Positions 53,079 to 62,540 are shown, counted from the first letter of the stretch. The stretch is DNA of 64,000 nucleotides from Alphaproteobacteria bacterium (GCA_033763775.1 JANRJW010000008.1:7256-71255); one strand, 5' to 3'. Notes: generated from the letters alone by a model not told the origin. Made by a program: numbers and translations.

Positions 53079-54746
53079 TCAGGACACTGCAAGTTTATAA
53101 CGCCTCACGAATCCGGCAATCATTATTAGCAGACCCAGCCCAGCCCAGCTGATGAGATTCGCCTCACGCACCTTAGGAATATGCTGCACCATCTCTATGT
53201 CATGCGTGCCTTGAGGAGCACGAAGCGTCAGTAATGCTCCGCGTTCAATCACATCTATTCTGGGCAGTGTGGGTGATATGATTTTCCAGCCAGGATAATG
53301 GTAGCGCTTCAGCGCAATCTCAGCCTGTGGCGATGTGACCTCCACGTCGATAAAAATCTCGTTCACCCCCTGTATCATCAAAATAACTTCTGCCTCGCCT
53401 TCCAGTATCTCTGACTCAGGAACATTCAGAAAATGAGCGGGCGGATCCAGCGGCTGGACAATACCCGCCCGGCGCATGGCATGGGTCATGTGTGATTTAT
53501 GGGGAACCAGCTTATATTGCTCAACGCGCTGCCAATAATCTTGATGGGTATCATCATAGCGGTAATTCGCGTGAAAGATTAAACCCGCAACCGTAAGAAA
53601 AATGACCAGCGGATAGCAGAAACTATGACCTTTTAATTTATGATACCAATAGGATAGTAAAAAAATCAGGCATAAGTGAGTCACAAGACCAAATCGAATT
53701 GAAAACTGAAGCTTTTTGAGTAGCTCAAAATTCTCCCATAACCACCTGGAGGAAGAGAATATCATGAACATCGCCACAAGATACATGGCGCAAAAGAAAA
53801 TAACCGGCGATTTATCCGGACTTAGTGGCTTTTCAGACTTTACAATCCATAGCATACTGGCAAAAATTATTAAACTTGCCATCACCGAAACTATACCCGG
53901 CCAGTAAAACGTGTCGGGCAGCGAGACATGTTTAAGAAATCGCGGAAAATGCATTTCCGGGGAATGAAACCAGTTAGTATAGAGGTGAGACCTGATAAAT
54001 GATTCGTTGCCAGTCAAAGGCAGCCAGTAGATCGCAGAAAGCATCAAGGCGACTAAAACCGCCAAAGTAAGCGCCAGCATAAGATGCATTCGCTTGCCAG
54101 AGGGTGCGTTTATCAATGCATAAAGTCCAGGAATGGCCGAAAATATAACCGTAGAAGGCAGGTGAGACAGGATCAACAATGCCTGTACGAATGCATAATG
54201 CGGCAGGTAATAAGATGGATTATCTGCAATACGCCGTGCCACCCACATAAAGACCGGTACAATAAGAAAGACACAAAATGCTGCGCTATGGCCATCGGCT
54301 AGCCGTCCCATGCCTCCCCAGAATATATAAAGAATAGCCCCCGCTTGCGCGCGAGTATGGTCCATATGCTCCATCAGCCAGCGATACATAGCAAGACCGC
54401 CAAGGAAGATGAGTGCGCTATTCACCATCATCAGCCGCCCGTAGCCATGCGGATCATAATCACGCAGAAATTGTAGCGGCAGGGCGAGGTAAAATGACGT
54501 CAGTGGCTGAAAAATAGCAACCGGGCTGCCCAGACCAGCGTTTGCTTCCATCAGCCAGCGCGGGTAAAAATCACCCTGCCAGATCTGCGCCGTGACCATA
54601 TCCAGAAGCATGGCACGCAGCACATGATCAATCCAAATTGGCCAACGCTCTGAAAGCAGCCATGCGGCAGGCAGCACAATGCACAACCAGACTAGAAATA
54701 GCCACAGCAGGAATGAGGGTGGAAACAGGGTGAGAAATCGCTGCAT
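53079..54746 (-). CDS. Large polytopic membrane protein (555 aa), possibly a GT-C-type glycosyltransferase
   Basis: Twelve or more TM segments plus a ~130-aa C-terminal soluble domain. The first-loop motif GDFYPRW...G.GSPVAIFQPL is reminiscent of GT-C/YfhO-like enzymes. AT-richer than its neighbours. Confidence 0.35.
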   Translation of the reverse strand: MQRFLTLFPPSFLLWLFLVWLCIVLPAAWLLSERWPIWIDHVLRAMLLDMVTAQIWQGDFYPRWLMEANAGLGSPVAIFQPLTSFYLALPLQFLRDYDPHGYGRLMMVNSALIFLGGLAMYRWLMEHMDHTRAQAGAILYIFWGGMGRLADGHSAAFCVFLIVPVFMWVARRIADNPSYYLPHYAFVQALLILSHLPSTVIFSAIPGLYALINAPSGKRMHLMLALTLAVLVALMLSAIYWLPLTGNESFIRSHLYTNWFHSPEMHFPRFLKHVSLPDTFYWPGIVSVMASLIIFASMLWIVKSEKPLSPDKSPVIFFCAMYLVAMFMIFSSSRWLWENFELLKKLQFSIRFGLVTHLCLIFLLSYWYHKLKGHSFCYPLVIFLTVAGLIFHANYRYDDTHQDYWQRVEQYKLVPHKSHMTHAMRRAGIVQPLDPPAHFLNVPESEILEGEAEVILMIQGVNEIFIDVEVTSPQAEIALKRYHYPGWKIISPTLPRIDVIERGALLTLRAPQGTHDIEMVQHIPKVREANLISWAGLGLLIMIAGFVRRYKLAVS

Positions 54747-54788
54747 GAGGGTGTTCTAGTTTGGTGTTCGCCTCACCCTACCTTTTTT

Positions 54789-54872
54789 GTCATTCCCGCG
54801 AAAGCGGGAATCCAGCCATAGTTACTCTGGATCCCGGATCGCGCTCGCGGCTGCGCGCTTGTCCGGGATGAC
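54789..54872. repeat. Composite element GTCATTCCCGCGAAAGCGGGAATC ... GGATCCCGGATCGCGCTCGCGGCTGCGCGCTTGTCCGGGATGAC
   Basis: Read directly. Its right arm (54822-54872) encodes the last ~16 codons and the stop of xerD. Confidence 0.85.
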
Positions 54873-55850
54873 GCGGCGAGAAAGCGGATGTTTTTCTTCG
54901 ACCAGCTGTTTCAGGTGAAGGCCAGCGACATGCGTGTAGATCTGGGTGGTAGCGATGTCGCTATGACCAAGCAGCTCCTGAATCACTCGCAGGTCGGCGC
55001 CGCCTTCCAGCAGGTGGGTCGCGAAGCTGTGGCGCAGCGCGTGCGGTGATATTTTTTCGGGATTAATCCCTGCCTTGATCGCCAGCTCTTTCAGCATGAC
55101 GCCAAACTGCTGGCGTGTGATATGACCACTCGCGCGGTGGTAGGGAAACAGGTAGGTGGATGACGGATGGCGGTTGACGGATGGCGACGAGGCGGATTTT
55201 TTTCTTTTTTCCTTCTCATTCGTCATCCGGGCTCCGTTATCCTGAAGAAACATATCCCTGACTTTCAAATAGGAAGCCAGTGCCAGCCTTGCTTTAGCGC
55301 CCAGCGGCACAAGACGTTCCTTGCTGCCTTTGCCACGAACCAGCATGAAATCCTGCTTATGCACCGCAGATAGCGGCAGCGACACCAGTTCAGACACACG
55401 CAGCCCCGCCCCGTAGACCAGCTCAAGCATGGCAGAAAGCCTGAGTCCTTTCGGACTATCGTCGAGCGCCGCGCACTCCAGCAGCAGGTGAATGTCATCA
55501 GCGGTGAGCACCTGCGGCAATGTTTTGGCAAGGCGCGGTGCTGCCACCGTGGCGGCAGGGTTATCTCGGCGCAGCTTTTCACTGTAAAGAAACTGAAAAA
55601 ACTGCTTGATGGCAGACAGCCTGCGCGCCTGAGTCTGCGGCGAAAGACCTCGTGCGCTGAGGGTGGCAAGATACGCCTCAATCGCCTGCGAGCGAAGATG
55701 GCTGAGACGCAGTTTATGCTGCTTGCCATAAGCAAGAAAATCTTCAAGATCACGCCGGTAAGCCGCCACGGTATGGCCGGAGGCGGCGCGTTCAGCGGCC
55801 ATCATCTCCAGAAAGGCGTCGAGCTGATTACTGGCTGACAGCCCTGACAT
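54822..55850 (-). CDS. xerD: Tyrosine site-specific recombinase XerD
   Basis: SPHALRHSFATHLLEGGADLRVIQELLGHSDIATTQIYTHV is the catalytic R-H-R-Y region. The gene neighbours aroK-aroB. It has an extra ~20-aa segment (aa ~204-231) and a C-terminal extension. Confidence 0.85.
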   Translation of the reverse strand: MSGLSASNQLDAFLEMMAAERAASGHTVAAYRRDLEDFLAYGKQHKLRLSHLRSQAIEAYLATLSARGLSPQTQARRLSAIKQFFQFLYSEKLRRDNPAATVAAPRLAKTLPQVLTADDIHLLLECAALDDSPKGLRLSAMLELVYGAGLRVSELVSLPLSAVHKQDFMLVRGKGSKERLVPLGAKARLALASYLKVRDMFLQDNGARMTNEKEKRKKSASSPSVNRHPSSTYLFPYHRASGHITRQQFGVMLKELAIKAGINPEKISPHALRHSFATHLLEGGADLRVIQELLGHSDIATTQIYTHVAGLHLKQLVEEKHPLSRRVIPDKRAAASAIRDPE

Positions 55851-55983
55851 CGATCGGCTTTTCTACCGGCTGCTGCGGTGGGGTGATGGGCCGTGACAGC
55901 AGCACAAAAAACACCCCGAAGGTCAGCCCCACGAGCATCATCAGGAGCACGACAGGGCGGCAGTAGCGCGGCTTGGCTTGCAT
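55828..55983 (-). CDS. Candidate small membrane protein (51 aa), below the ORF-track cutoff
   Basis: My own translation is MQAKPRYCRPVVLLMMLVGLTFGVFFVLLSRPITPPQQPVEKPIDVRAVSQ. It has one clear TM helix. AAGGA lies 13 nt upstream. The 3-prime end overlaps the xerD start. Confidence 0.35.
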   Translation of the reverse strand: MQAKPRYCRPVVLLMMLVGLTFGVFFVLLSRPITPPQQPVEKPIDVRAVSQ

Positions 55984-56045
55984 TTGCTAACGTTTCCTTT
56001 AATGGTAAGAACGATGAACCAGAAAAGACTAGCAGCAAACCGACT

Positions 56046-56588
56046 ATGGCTCAAGATGTGATGATGACCCTGAGCCGCCCCGTGGTGCTGGTGGGGCTGA
56101 TGGGCGCTGGCAAAACCACCATTGGCAGACGCCTCGCACAAGCGCTGCATGTGCCATTCATTGATGCTGACCATGAAATTGTGGAGGCGGCAGGCTGCAG
56201 CATTTCTGATATTTTTGCGCTGTATGGCGAAGCCATTTTTCGTGATCTCGAACAGCGTGTGCTGGTGCGCCTGATTGGCGCCAGCCCGTGCGTGCTGGCC
56301 ACTGGCGGCGGCGCATTCATGAATCCGCTGATCAGGGAGGCGATTCAAACAGGCGCCACCTCGGTGTGGCTGAAGGCCGATCTGGATACGCTGGTGGAAC
56401 GCACCGGAAAGCGTGATACCAGGCCGCTACTGCAGCATGGAGATCGCGGCGAAATCCTCGCACGGCTGATGCAGGAGCGCTATCCTGTCTACGAGCAGGC
56501 ACACATTACCATCGATAGCAATGCCAGCGCCCATGAGGTGGTGGTTTCACGCATCATTAAGGCGCTGAAAGAGAGGTCGCATGACTGA
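56046..56588 (+). CDS. aroK: Shikimate kinase
   Basis: P-loop VLVGLMGAGKTTIGRRLA and FRDLE. It overlaps aroB by 8 nt. Confidence 0.9.
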   Translation: MAQDVMMTLSRPVVLVGLMGAGKTTIGRRLAQALHVPFIDADHEIVEAAGCSISDIFALYGEAIFRDLEQRVLVRLIGASPCVLATGGGAFMNPLIREAIQTGATSVWLKADLDTLVERTGKRDTRPLLQHGDRGEILARLMQERYPVYEQAHITIDSNASAHEVVVSRIIKALKERSHD

Positions 56589-57687
56589 CACCGTGCGCGT
56601 GGAGCTGGAGCGCAGAAGCTATGATATTCTTGTGGGCGAGCGCCTGCTTTCCAGAGCCGGCGAGCTGATGAAGCCCATCTGCGGCGAGTCGCTGGTCATC
56701 GTTATCAGCGACCGGCAGGTGGCACGGTTTTATCTGCACCGTTTAACCGGCGCGCTGGAAGATGCTGGCATTCGTAGCCGAACCGTGCTGGTGGATGCAG
56801 GAGAAGGCAGCAAAAGCCTCAGTGTCTATGCGACGCTGATGGAGCAGATACTCGAGCACAAACCAGACCGCAGCACCGTGCTGGTGGCACTCGGCGGCGG
56901 TGTGGTAGGAGATTTAACCGGCTTTGCCGCCGCCACTTTGCTTCGCGGCGTACGCTTTATCCAGATTCCCACCACATTGCTCGCGCAGGTCGATAGCTCG
57001 GTGGGCGGCAAAACTGGTATCAACTCCGCCCATGGCAAAAACTTGATTGGCGCGTTTCACCAGCCCTCGCTGGTGATGGCCGACATCGCCACTCTGACCA
57101 CCCTGCCCGTTCGCGAAAAACTGGCCGGCTATGCGGAAATTGTGAAATATGGCCTGATTCAGGATGCCGATTTTTTCAGCTGGCTGGAAACCCATGGCAC
57201 GGCGCTGCTCGGCGGTGACAGCGCGGCGGCCATACGGGCCGTAACGCGCAGCTGCCGGTCTAAAGCAGCGATTGTCAGCGCGGATGAAACCGAGCAAGGA
57301 CAGCGCGCGCTGCTGAATTTTGGCCACACATTCGGCCATGCGCTGGAAGCAGAAACCGGATTTTCAGACCTGCTGCTGCACGGCGAAGCTGTCGCGGTTG
57401 GCATGGTGGCAGCACTGCGCCTTTCGGTGCGCATGGGGCTGTGCCCACCCGAAGATCTGGAACGCACGCTTGCGCATTACCGCAGTACCGGCCTGCCGGC
57501 CTGCCTGAACGCCATTGCCCGCGACTGGTCGCCCGACGCGCTGCTGGCGCACATGACGCGCGATAAAAAAGCTAAAAATGGCCAGCTGACATTGATTCTA
57601 TCGCGCGGTATCGGCCGCGCATTCATCCAACATGATGTGGCGCCAGCGCTTGTGCTCGAGGCACTTGCAGCAAGCCTTGAGGCATAA
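56581..57687 (+). CDS. aroB: 3-dehydroquinate synthase
   Basis: GGGVVGDLTGFAAAT, PTTLLAQVDSSVGGKTGIN and NFGHTFGHALE motifs. Confidence 0.95.
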   Translation: MTDTVRVELERRSYDILVGERLLSRAGELMKPICGESLVIVISDRQVARFYLHRLTGALEDAGIRSRTVLVDAGEGSKSLSVYATLMEQILEHKPDRSTVLVALGGGVVGDLTGFAAATLLRGVRFIQIPTTLLAQVDSSVGGKTGINSAHGKNLIGAFHQPSLVMADIATLTTLPVREKLAGYAEIVKYGLIQDADFFSWLETHGTALLGGDSAAAIRAVTRSCRSKAAIVSADETEQGQRALLNFGHTFGHALEAETGFSDLLLHGEAVAVGMVAALRLSVRMGLCPPEDLERTLAHYRSTGLPACLNAIARDWSPDALLAHMTRDKKAKNGQLTLILSRGIGRAFIQHDVAPALVLEALAASLEA

Positions 57688-57703
57688 TATAGTCCGGATT
57701 CTT

Positions 57704-58261
57704 ATGTCGGAACTTACATTCATGGAACCAGAAACCCAGATTTTCAGTGCGCCACGCGCCATGGCCGCAGATGGTACGATTATCCGCGCGATGGTGCTTT
57801 CAGATATCGATGCGGTCTGCGACATGGCGGCGCGTATCTGGCGCCAGCATTATGTGCCGGAGATTGTCACCGCCGGCCAGATTGAATACATGCTGCCACG
57901 CATTTATAACCCGGATATCATCAAAAAAAACATGCTGGATCGCAAGCAGCGTTTCTGGATCATGCTCAAAGACAATGAACCAGTAGGCTACGCTGCCGCC
58001 GAACCACGCGGCGATGGCGTGTGGTTTCTGGATAAACTCTATGTGGATATGGATAAACAGCGTGGCGGTCTTGGCGCGCGTCTGCTGGCGGCGGTGCTGC
58101 TGGAAACACATCCCAAAGAGCTGGCGCTGCGTGTGAACCGCAAGAATTACAAAGCCATTAATTTTTATTTCAGGCAGGGATTTTTCATTCAGGGGCTGGA
58201 TTGCCTCGACATTGGCGGCGGCTATGTGATGGATGATTTCCTGATGAGAAAGATCGTGTAG
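57704..58261 (+). CDS. GNAT-family N-acetyltransferase
   Basis: The acetyl-CoA region LYVDMDKQRGGLGARLL is present. The start is set at MSELTF. Confidence 0.72.
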   Translation: MSELTFMEPETQIFSAPRAMAADGTIIRAMVLSDIDAVCDMAARIWRQHYVPEIVTAGQIEYMLPRIYNPDIIKKNMLDRKQRFWIMLKDNEPVGYAAAEPRGDGVWFLDKLYVDMDKQRGGLGARLLAAVLLETHPKELALRVNRKNYKAINFYFRQGFFIQGLDCLDIGGGYVMDDFLMRKIV

Positions 58262-58267
58262 TCGGCC

Positions 58268-59578
58268 ATGCCCGAACTGGACAACGAGATCATCTTTTAT
58301 GGTCTCACGATTCTGATTTTTCTACTGATATCAGCTTTTTTTTCCGCTGCGGAAACAGCCATGACCGCGGTATCGCGCGCGCGCCTTTACCAGCTGGTGA
58401 TTGACGGCAACAAGCGCGCACAAACGGTCAGCCGGCTGCGGCGCAACAAGGAAGCAACCATCGGCACTGTGCTGCTGGGCAACAATGCGGTTAATATCGC
58501 CGCCTCGACCATTGCCACCACCCTCACCATCCGGCTGTTTGGCACAGAAGAAGGCGGGCTGGTGATCGTCACCGTGGTGATGACGCTGCTGGTAGTGATT
58601 TTCACCGAGGTGCTGCCTAAAACCTTTGCGATTCAGAATGCAGAGCGCGTCTCGCTCGCGCTGTCGCCTGCGCTGAGCATTCTGGTCAAGCTGCTCTATC
58701 CTATTACCTATACCATTCAGATGATCATCCGCGCCGTTCTCAAACTTTTTGGTGTCGATATCACCCAGAGTAACACGCTGATTTCCGCGACCGACGTCGT
58801 GCGCGGCACCATTGAGCTGCATCACCGCGAGGGCAAGCTGATCAAGCAGGATCGTGACATGCTGGGCAGCATCCTCGATTTAAATGATATTGAGGTGAAT
58901 GATATCATGATCCACCGCATGGAGGTGGAAACCATTGATGCCACGCTTCCCGCGCCGGAGTTGATTAAACAGGCCGTTTCCACCATGCATAGCCGCATTC
59001 CGTTGTGGCGCGGCGAGCCGGACAACATCATCGGCATTTTGCATGTCAAAGATCTCGTCAAGGCGATGAGCGGCAGGCTGGGCACGCTCTCCAGCGAGGA
59101 TATTGTCGCCATCTGCCACAAGCCGTGGTTCATTCCGGAAACCACCAGCCTGCACGACCAGCTGCTGGCTTTCCGCAGCCGCCGACAACATTTTGCGCTG
59201 GTGGTGGATGAATATGGCAGCTGGCAGGGCATTGTCACACTGGAAGATATTATTGAGGAAATTGTTGGCAATATTGATGATGAGCACGACGAAACTTCCC
59301 GCGATGTTCAAAAAATTAATGACCAGTCTTATCTGGTGAGCGGCTCGGTGACGCTACGTGATTTGAAACGCCAGCTCGACTGGGAACTGCCGGACGAGCA
59401 TGCCTCCACCATCGCTGGCCTGCTGATTCACGAGGCGCAGACCATTCCTTCCGTAGGCGAGCATTTTTTTCTTCATGGTTTCCGCTTTACCGTGGTGGAA
59501 AAAGACGATACCCAGCTTTCCCTGCTGCGCATTGAGAAGCTGGCAAGCACCCAGCCAACCGATGATGGTGAGCTGTGA
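58268..59578 (+). CDS. Hemolysin-family protein TlyC/CorC-like (DUF21 + CBS pair + CorC_HlyC)
   Basis: The N-terminal 4-TM DUF21 has SAAETA. CBS-pair and C-terminal transporter-associated domains are recognisable. Confidence 0.85.
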   Translation: MPELDNEIIFYGLTILIFLLISAFFSAAETAMTAVSRARLYQLVIDGNKRAQTVSRLRRNKEATIGTVLLGNNAVNIAASTIATTLTIRLFGTEEGGLVIVTVVMTLLVVIFTEVLPKTFAIQNAERVSLALSPALSILVKLLYPITYTIQMIIRAVLKLFGVDITQSNTLISATDVVRGTIELHHREGKLIKQDRDMLGSILDLNDIEVNDIMIHRMEVETIDATLPAPELIKQAVSTMHSRIPLWRGEPDNIIGILHVKDLVKAMSGRLGTLSSEDIVAICHKPWFIPETTSLHDQLLAFRSRRQHFALVVDEYGSWQGIVTLEDIIEEIVGNIDDEHDETSRDVQKINDQSYLVSGSVTLRDLKRQLDWELPDEHASTIAGLLIHEAQTIPSVGEHFFLHGFRFTVVEKDDTQLSLLRIEKLASTQPTDDGEL

Positions 59579-59775
59579 GCCGCCCGCCGCAGAGCGATGG
59601 CTACATTGTGGAATACGTGGCGATTGGCACGTCGGTGAAAGTAACCGCGTTTGACCCGGCAACACTCACCGAAGCCAGCATCGTTGCGCCTTCAGGCGCG
59701 TCGCAGCAGGATATGGCGCAGCTGGCGGTGCGCAAGCTGGAATATGTGCTGGGCAAGAAACAGGCAGGCGAGTGA
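59575..59775 (+). CDS. Small conserved hypothetical protein (66 aa)
   Basis: GTGA-type overlaps with both neighbours suggest translational coupling. No motif recognised. Confidence 0.5.
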   Translation: MSRPPQSDGYIVEYVAIGTSVKVTAFDPATLTEASIVAPSGASQQDMAQLAVRKLEYVLGKKQAGE

Positions 59776-61838
59776 TGGTACGGCTTTTTAAACGACGCAA
59801 ACCCCGGCGCAAATACCCCACCTATCGCTCGCGCAGGCCGCCCGCGCTGGAATCAAGCCGCGCAGTCAAACGCCAGCCGCGCGATGATAGTGCGCGCAGC
59901 GAGCGAAAACCCGCACGCAGCCCCGCACGCCGAAGCACTGGCGGGTTTGGCTATCTTCTGCGCCGCGGGCTGCTCTATGGCACGATGGCTGGCGGCGCAT
60001 TCCTTGGCTATGTCTGGCTGACGTTGCCGGATATTGACGGGCTGAATCGTTTCCTGAAAACCCCGAGCATTGTGGTCAAGGCCGACGATGGCAAAATCAT
60101 CGGCAGCTTCGGCGATGTGTATGGCGATTATGTGCGTTTCGAAGAATTTCCCACCGCACTGGTCGATGCCGTGATGGCCACGGAAGACCGCAATTTTTAT
60201 TACCATTTCGGGGTGGATCCGCTGGGGCTTGCCCGCGCCATGGTGGCTAATTTTCAGGCCGGCCGCGTGGTGCAGGGCGGCAGCACCATCACCCAGCAGG
60301 TGGCAAAAAACGTCTTCCTGACGCCCGAACGCTCGATGATGCGCAAGCTGCGCGAAATGATTCTCGCCTTCAAGCTGGAATATCGTTTTTCCAAACAGGA
60401 TATCATGGCGATTTACTTAAACCGCGTCTATCTCGGCGCGGGCACGTACGGGGTGGACGCTGCCTCACGTCGCTATTTCGATAAATCCGCGCGCGAGATT
60501 AACCTAAGCGAAGCAGCTATTCTTGCCGGTCTGCTTAAAGCGCCGTCGCGCTTTGCACCCACCAGCAACCCTACCCGCGCCAAACAACGCGCCGAACAGG
60601 TGCTGGTGAATATGCAGGACGCTGGCTATTTAAGCGAAGCGCAGACAACACGCGCCCGCGCGCAGCTGAGGGAAGCGATGAGCACCCGCCAGCGTGAAAC
60701 ACAAGGCAGCATGTATTTTGCGGAATGGGTGGCCGATCAGGTGCCCGATCTGATTGGCCAGACACAGGAAGATGTGGTGGTGATTTCCACCCTGAAGTCC
60801 GAGCTGCAGGACGCCGCAGAAAAAGCCCTCACCGCCGCGCTGGAAAAAGACGGACAGAAAGAAAAAGTGTCGCAAGCGGCGCTGGTGTCGATGACACCGG
60901 ATGGCGCGGTGCTGGCGATGATGGGCGGGCGCAGCTACGGCGAGAGCCAATTTAACCGCGCCACCCAATCGCAGCGCCAGCCCGGCTCGGCCTTTAAACT
61001 TTTTGTCTATCTGGCCGGGCTGGAGGACGGCATGTCGCCGGATATGCTGGTGGAAGACGCACCGATCACCATCCCCATTCCCGGCGGGAGCTGGAGCCCG
61101 AAAAACTACACAGGCCGCTTTGAAGGCGCGATCACGCTGCGCGAAGCAGTGGCAGAATCGATCAACACTATCGCCGCGATGATTGCGCAGCAGGCTGGCG
61201 TTCAGACCGTGGTGGATATGGCGCAGCGCCTTGGCATTAGCTCACCGCTTATTGCGGTTCCCAGCATTGCGCTTGGCTCCACTGAAGTAACCCTGCTGGA
61301 ACTGACCACCGCCTATGCCCATCTGCCCGCTGGCGGCCAGGTGGTGATACCGCGCGGCATTCAGCGTATTGAAACCAGCCAGGGCAGTCTGCTTTATGAA
61401 TACACGCCCGATCAGCGCGCACAGGTGCTCAGCACCAACACGGTGAATATGATGAATGACATGCTGATGGCGGTCACCACCAGCGGCACCGGCAGGCGGG
61501 CACAGTTTGGCCGCGCCATCGCTGGAAAAACGGGTACGACGTCTGATTACAAAGATGCCTGGTTTATCGGTTACAGCGCCCAGCTGGCGACCGGTGTATG
61601 GGTGGGCAATGACGACAACATGCCCATGAAAAAAGTCACCGGTGGCGGCATGCCGGCCGGCATCTGGCGTGACTACATGAAAGTAGCGACGGCCGATCAG
61701 CCCGCGCTTGGTCTGCCGACTGAATTTCAAGAAAATCAGCGTCTGCCATGGCAAGCCGGCGAGCCAGCAGATGCGGCTGGCTCGGTGCAGGATCTCAAGC
61801 TGGGGCCAAGCTTCTGGGACAAGCTGATGCGTGAATAA
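59775..61838 (+). CDS. Penicillin-binding protein 1A family (bifunctional transglycosylase/transpeptidase)
   Basis: GT51 motifs EDRNFYYHFG and GGSTITQQ. Transpeptidase motifs SAFK, SIN and KTGTT. Basic Arg-rich cytoplasmic N-terminus. Confidence 0.9.
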   Translation: MVRLFKRRKPRRKYPTYRSRRPPALESSRAVKRQPRDDSARSERKPARSPARRSTGGFGYLLRRGLLYGTMAGGAFLGYVWLTLPDIDGLNRFLKTPSIVVKADDGKIIGSFGDVYGDYVRFEEFPTALVDAVMATEDRNFYYHFGVDPLGLARAMVANFQAGRVVQGGSTITQQVAKNVFLTPERSMMRKLREMILAFKLEYRFSKQDIMAIYLNRVYLGAGTYGVDAASRRYFDKSAREINLSEAAILAGLLKAPSRFAPTSNPTRAKQRAEQVLVNMQDAGYLSEAQTTRARAQLREAMSTRQRETQGSMYFAEWVADQVPDLIGQTQEDVVVISTLKSELQDAAEKALTAALEKDGQKEKVSQAALVSMTPDGAVLAMMGGRSYGESQFNRATQSQRQPGSAFKLFVYLAGLEDGMSPDMLVEDAPITIPIPGGSWSPKNYTGRFEGAITLREAVAESINTIAAMIAQQAGVQTVVDMAQRLGISSPLIAVPSIALGSTEVTLLELTTAYAHLPAGGQVVIPRGIQRIETSQGSLLYEYTPDQRAQVLSTNTVNMMNDMLMAVTTSGTGRRAQFGRAIAGKTGTTSDYKDAWFIGYSAQLATGVWVGNDDNMPMKKVTGGGMPAGIWRDYMKVATADQPALGLPTEFQENQRLPWQAGEPADAAGSVQDLKLGPSFWDKLMRE

Positions 61839-62540
61839 TCAGGCGCAGAAACGATACAGCTCATTGCCATGTTGTTTGAGCCAGCCGCGCCAGCGCTCAT
61901 AATCCGGACAGAGTGAACCCACCACCCGCCAGAAAGCCGGGCTGTGATTAAGATGCACAAGATGCGCGACCTCGTGGCACACCACATAATCCAGCACCTC
62001 ATACGGCGCGAGCACAAGGCGCCATGAAAATGACAGATGCCCGCGCTGGTTGCAGCTGCCCCAATGTGAATGAGTATCGCGCAGACCAACACGCCGGATG
62101 GCAACGCCCAGCGTAGCGGCATGCTGCTTCGCCAGACGCACTATTTCTTCGCGCGCGCATTTCACGAGCGCATCGCGGACGCGGCGTGCCAGAAATGCAC
62201 GGTCGCCATACACCAGCAACCGCCCCTCATCCTGAAGCGGGCAGGTCGTGATGTGCGCCGTTCCCCTGCCCCCGCGATACTCAATCACGCAGGGCCTACC
62301 CAGAACCGATAGCCGCAGCCCCTCATCCAACGTGATTCTGGGTGGCTTTTTGCCGAGCTGCTGTTCAATCCAGCCGCGCTTTTCTTCAAGAAAAGACAGG
62401 CCTTGCTTTATCGATACGAACCGGGGTAAAGTCAGCGTTAAGGAATGGTTAATGGGTTGGTAGCGCAGCACCATGCTGCGGCTTTTCGGGTGTTTGCGAA
62501 TCACAACCTCGATGGGCTGCTGCTGAATGATGAATTGCAT
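61839..62540 (-). CDS. M48-family metallopeptidase, YgjP-like (DUF45)
   Basis: Zinc motif HEVAHLVHLNHSPAFW. The start is set at MQFIIQQ. It converges on the PBP gene with zero spacing. Confidence 0.75.
   Translation of the reverse strand: MQFIIQQQPIEVVIRKHPKSRSMVLRYQPINHSLTLTLPRFVSIKQGLSFLEEKRGWIEQQLGKKPPRITLDEGLRLSVLGRPCVIEYRGGRGTAHITTCPLQDEGRLLVYGDRAFLARRVRDALVKCAREEIVRLAKQHAATLGVAIRRVGLRDTHSHWGSCNQRGHLSFSWRLVLAPYEVLDYVVCHEVAHLVHLNHSPAFWRVVGSLCPDYERWRGWLKQHGNELYRFCA

Noticed and set aside
12748-54872. Whether the dispersed repeats could be a CRISPR array or arrays.
   Set aside because: Copies are scattered singly across 40+ kb. They are internally palindromic, differ in length, and have no regular repeat-spacer periodicity. 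No cas genes are present.
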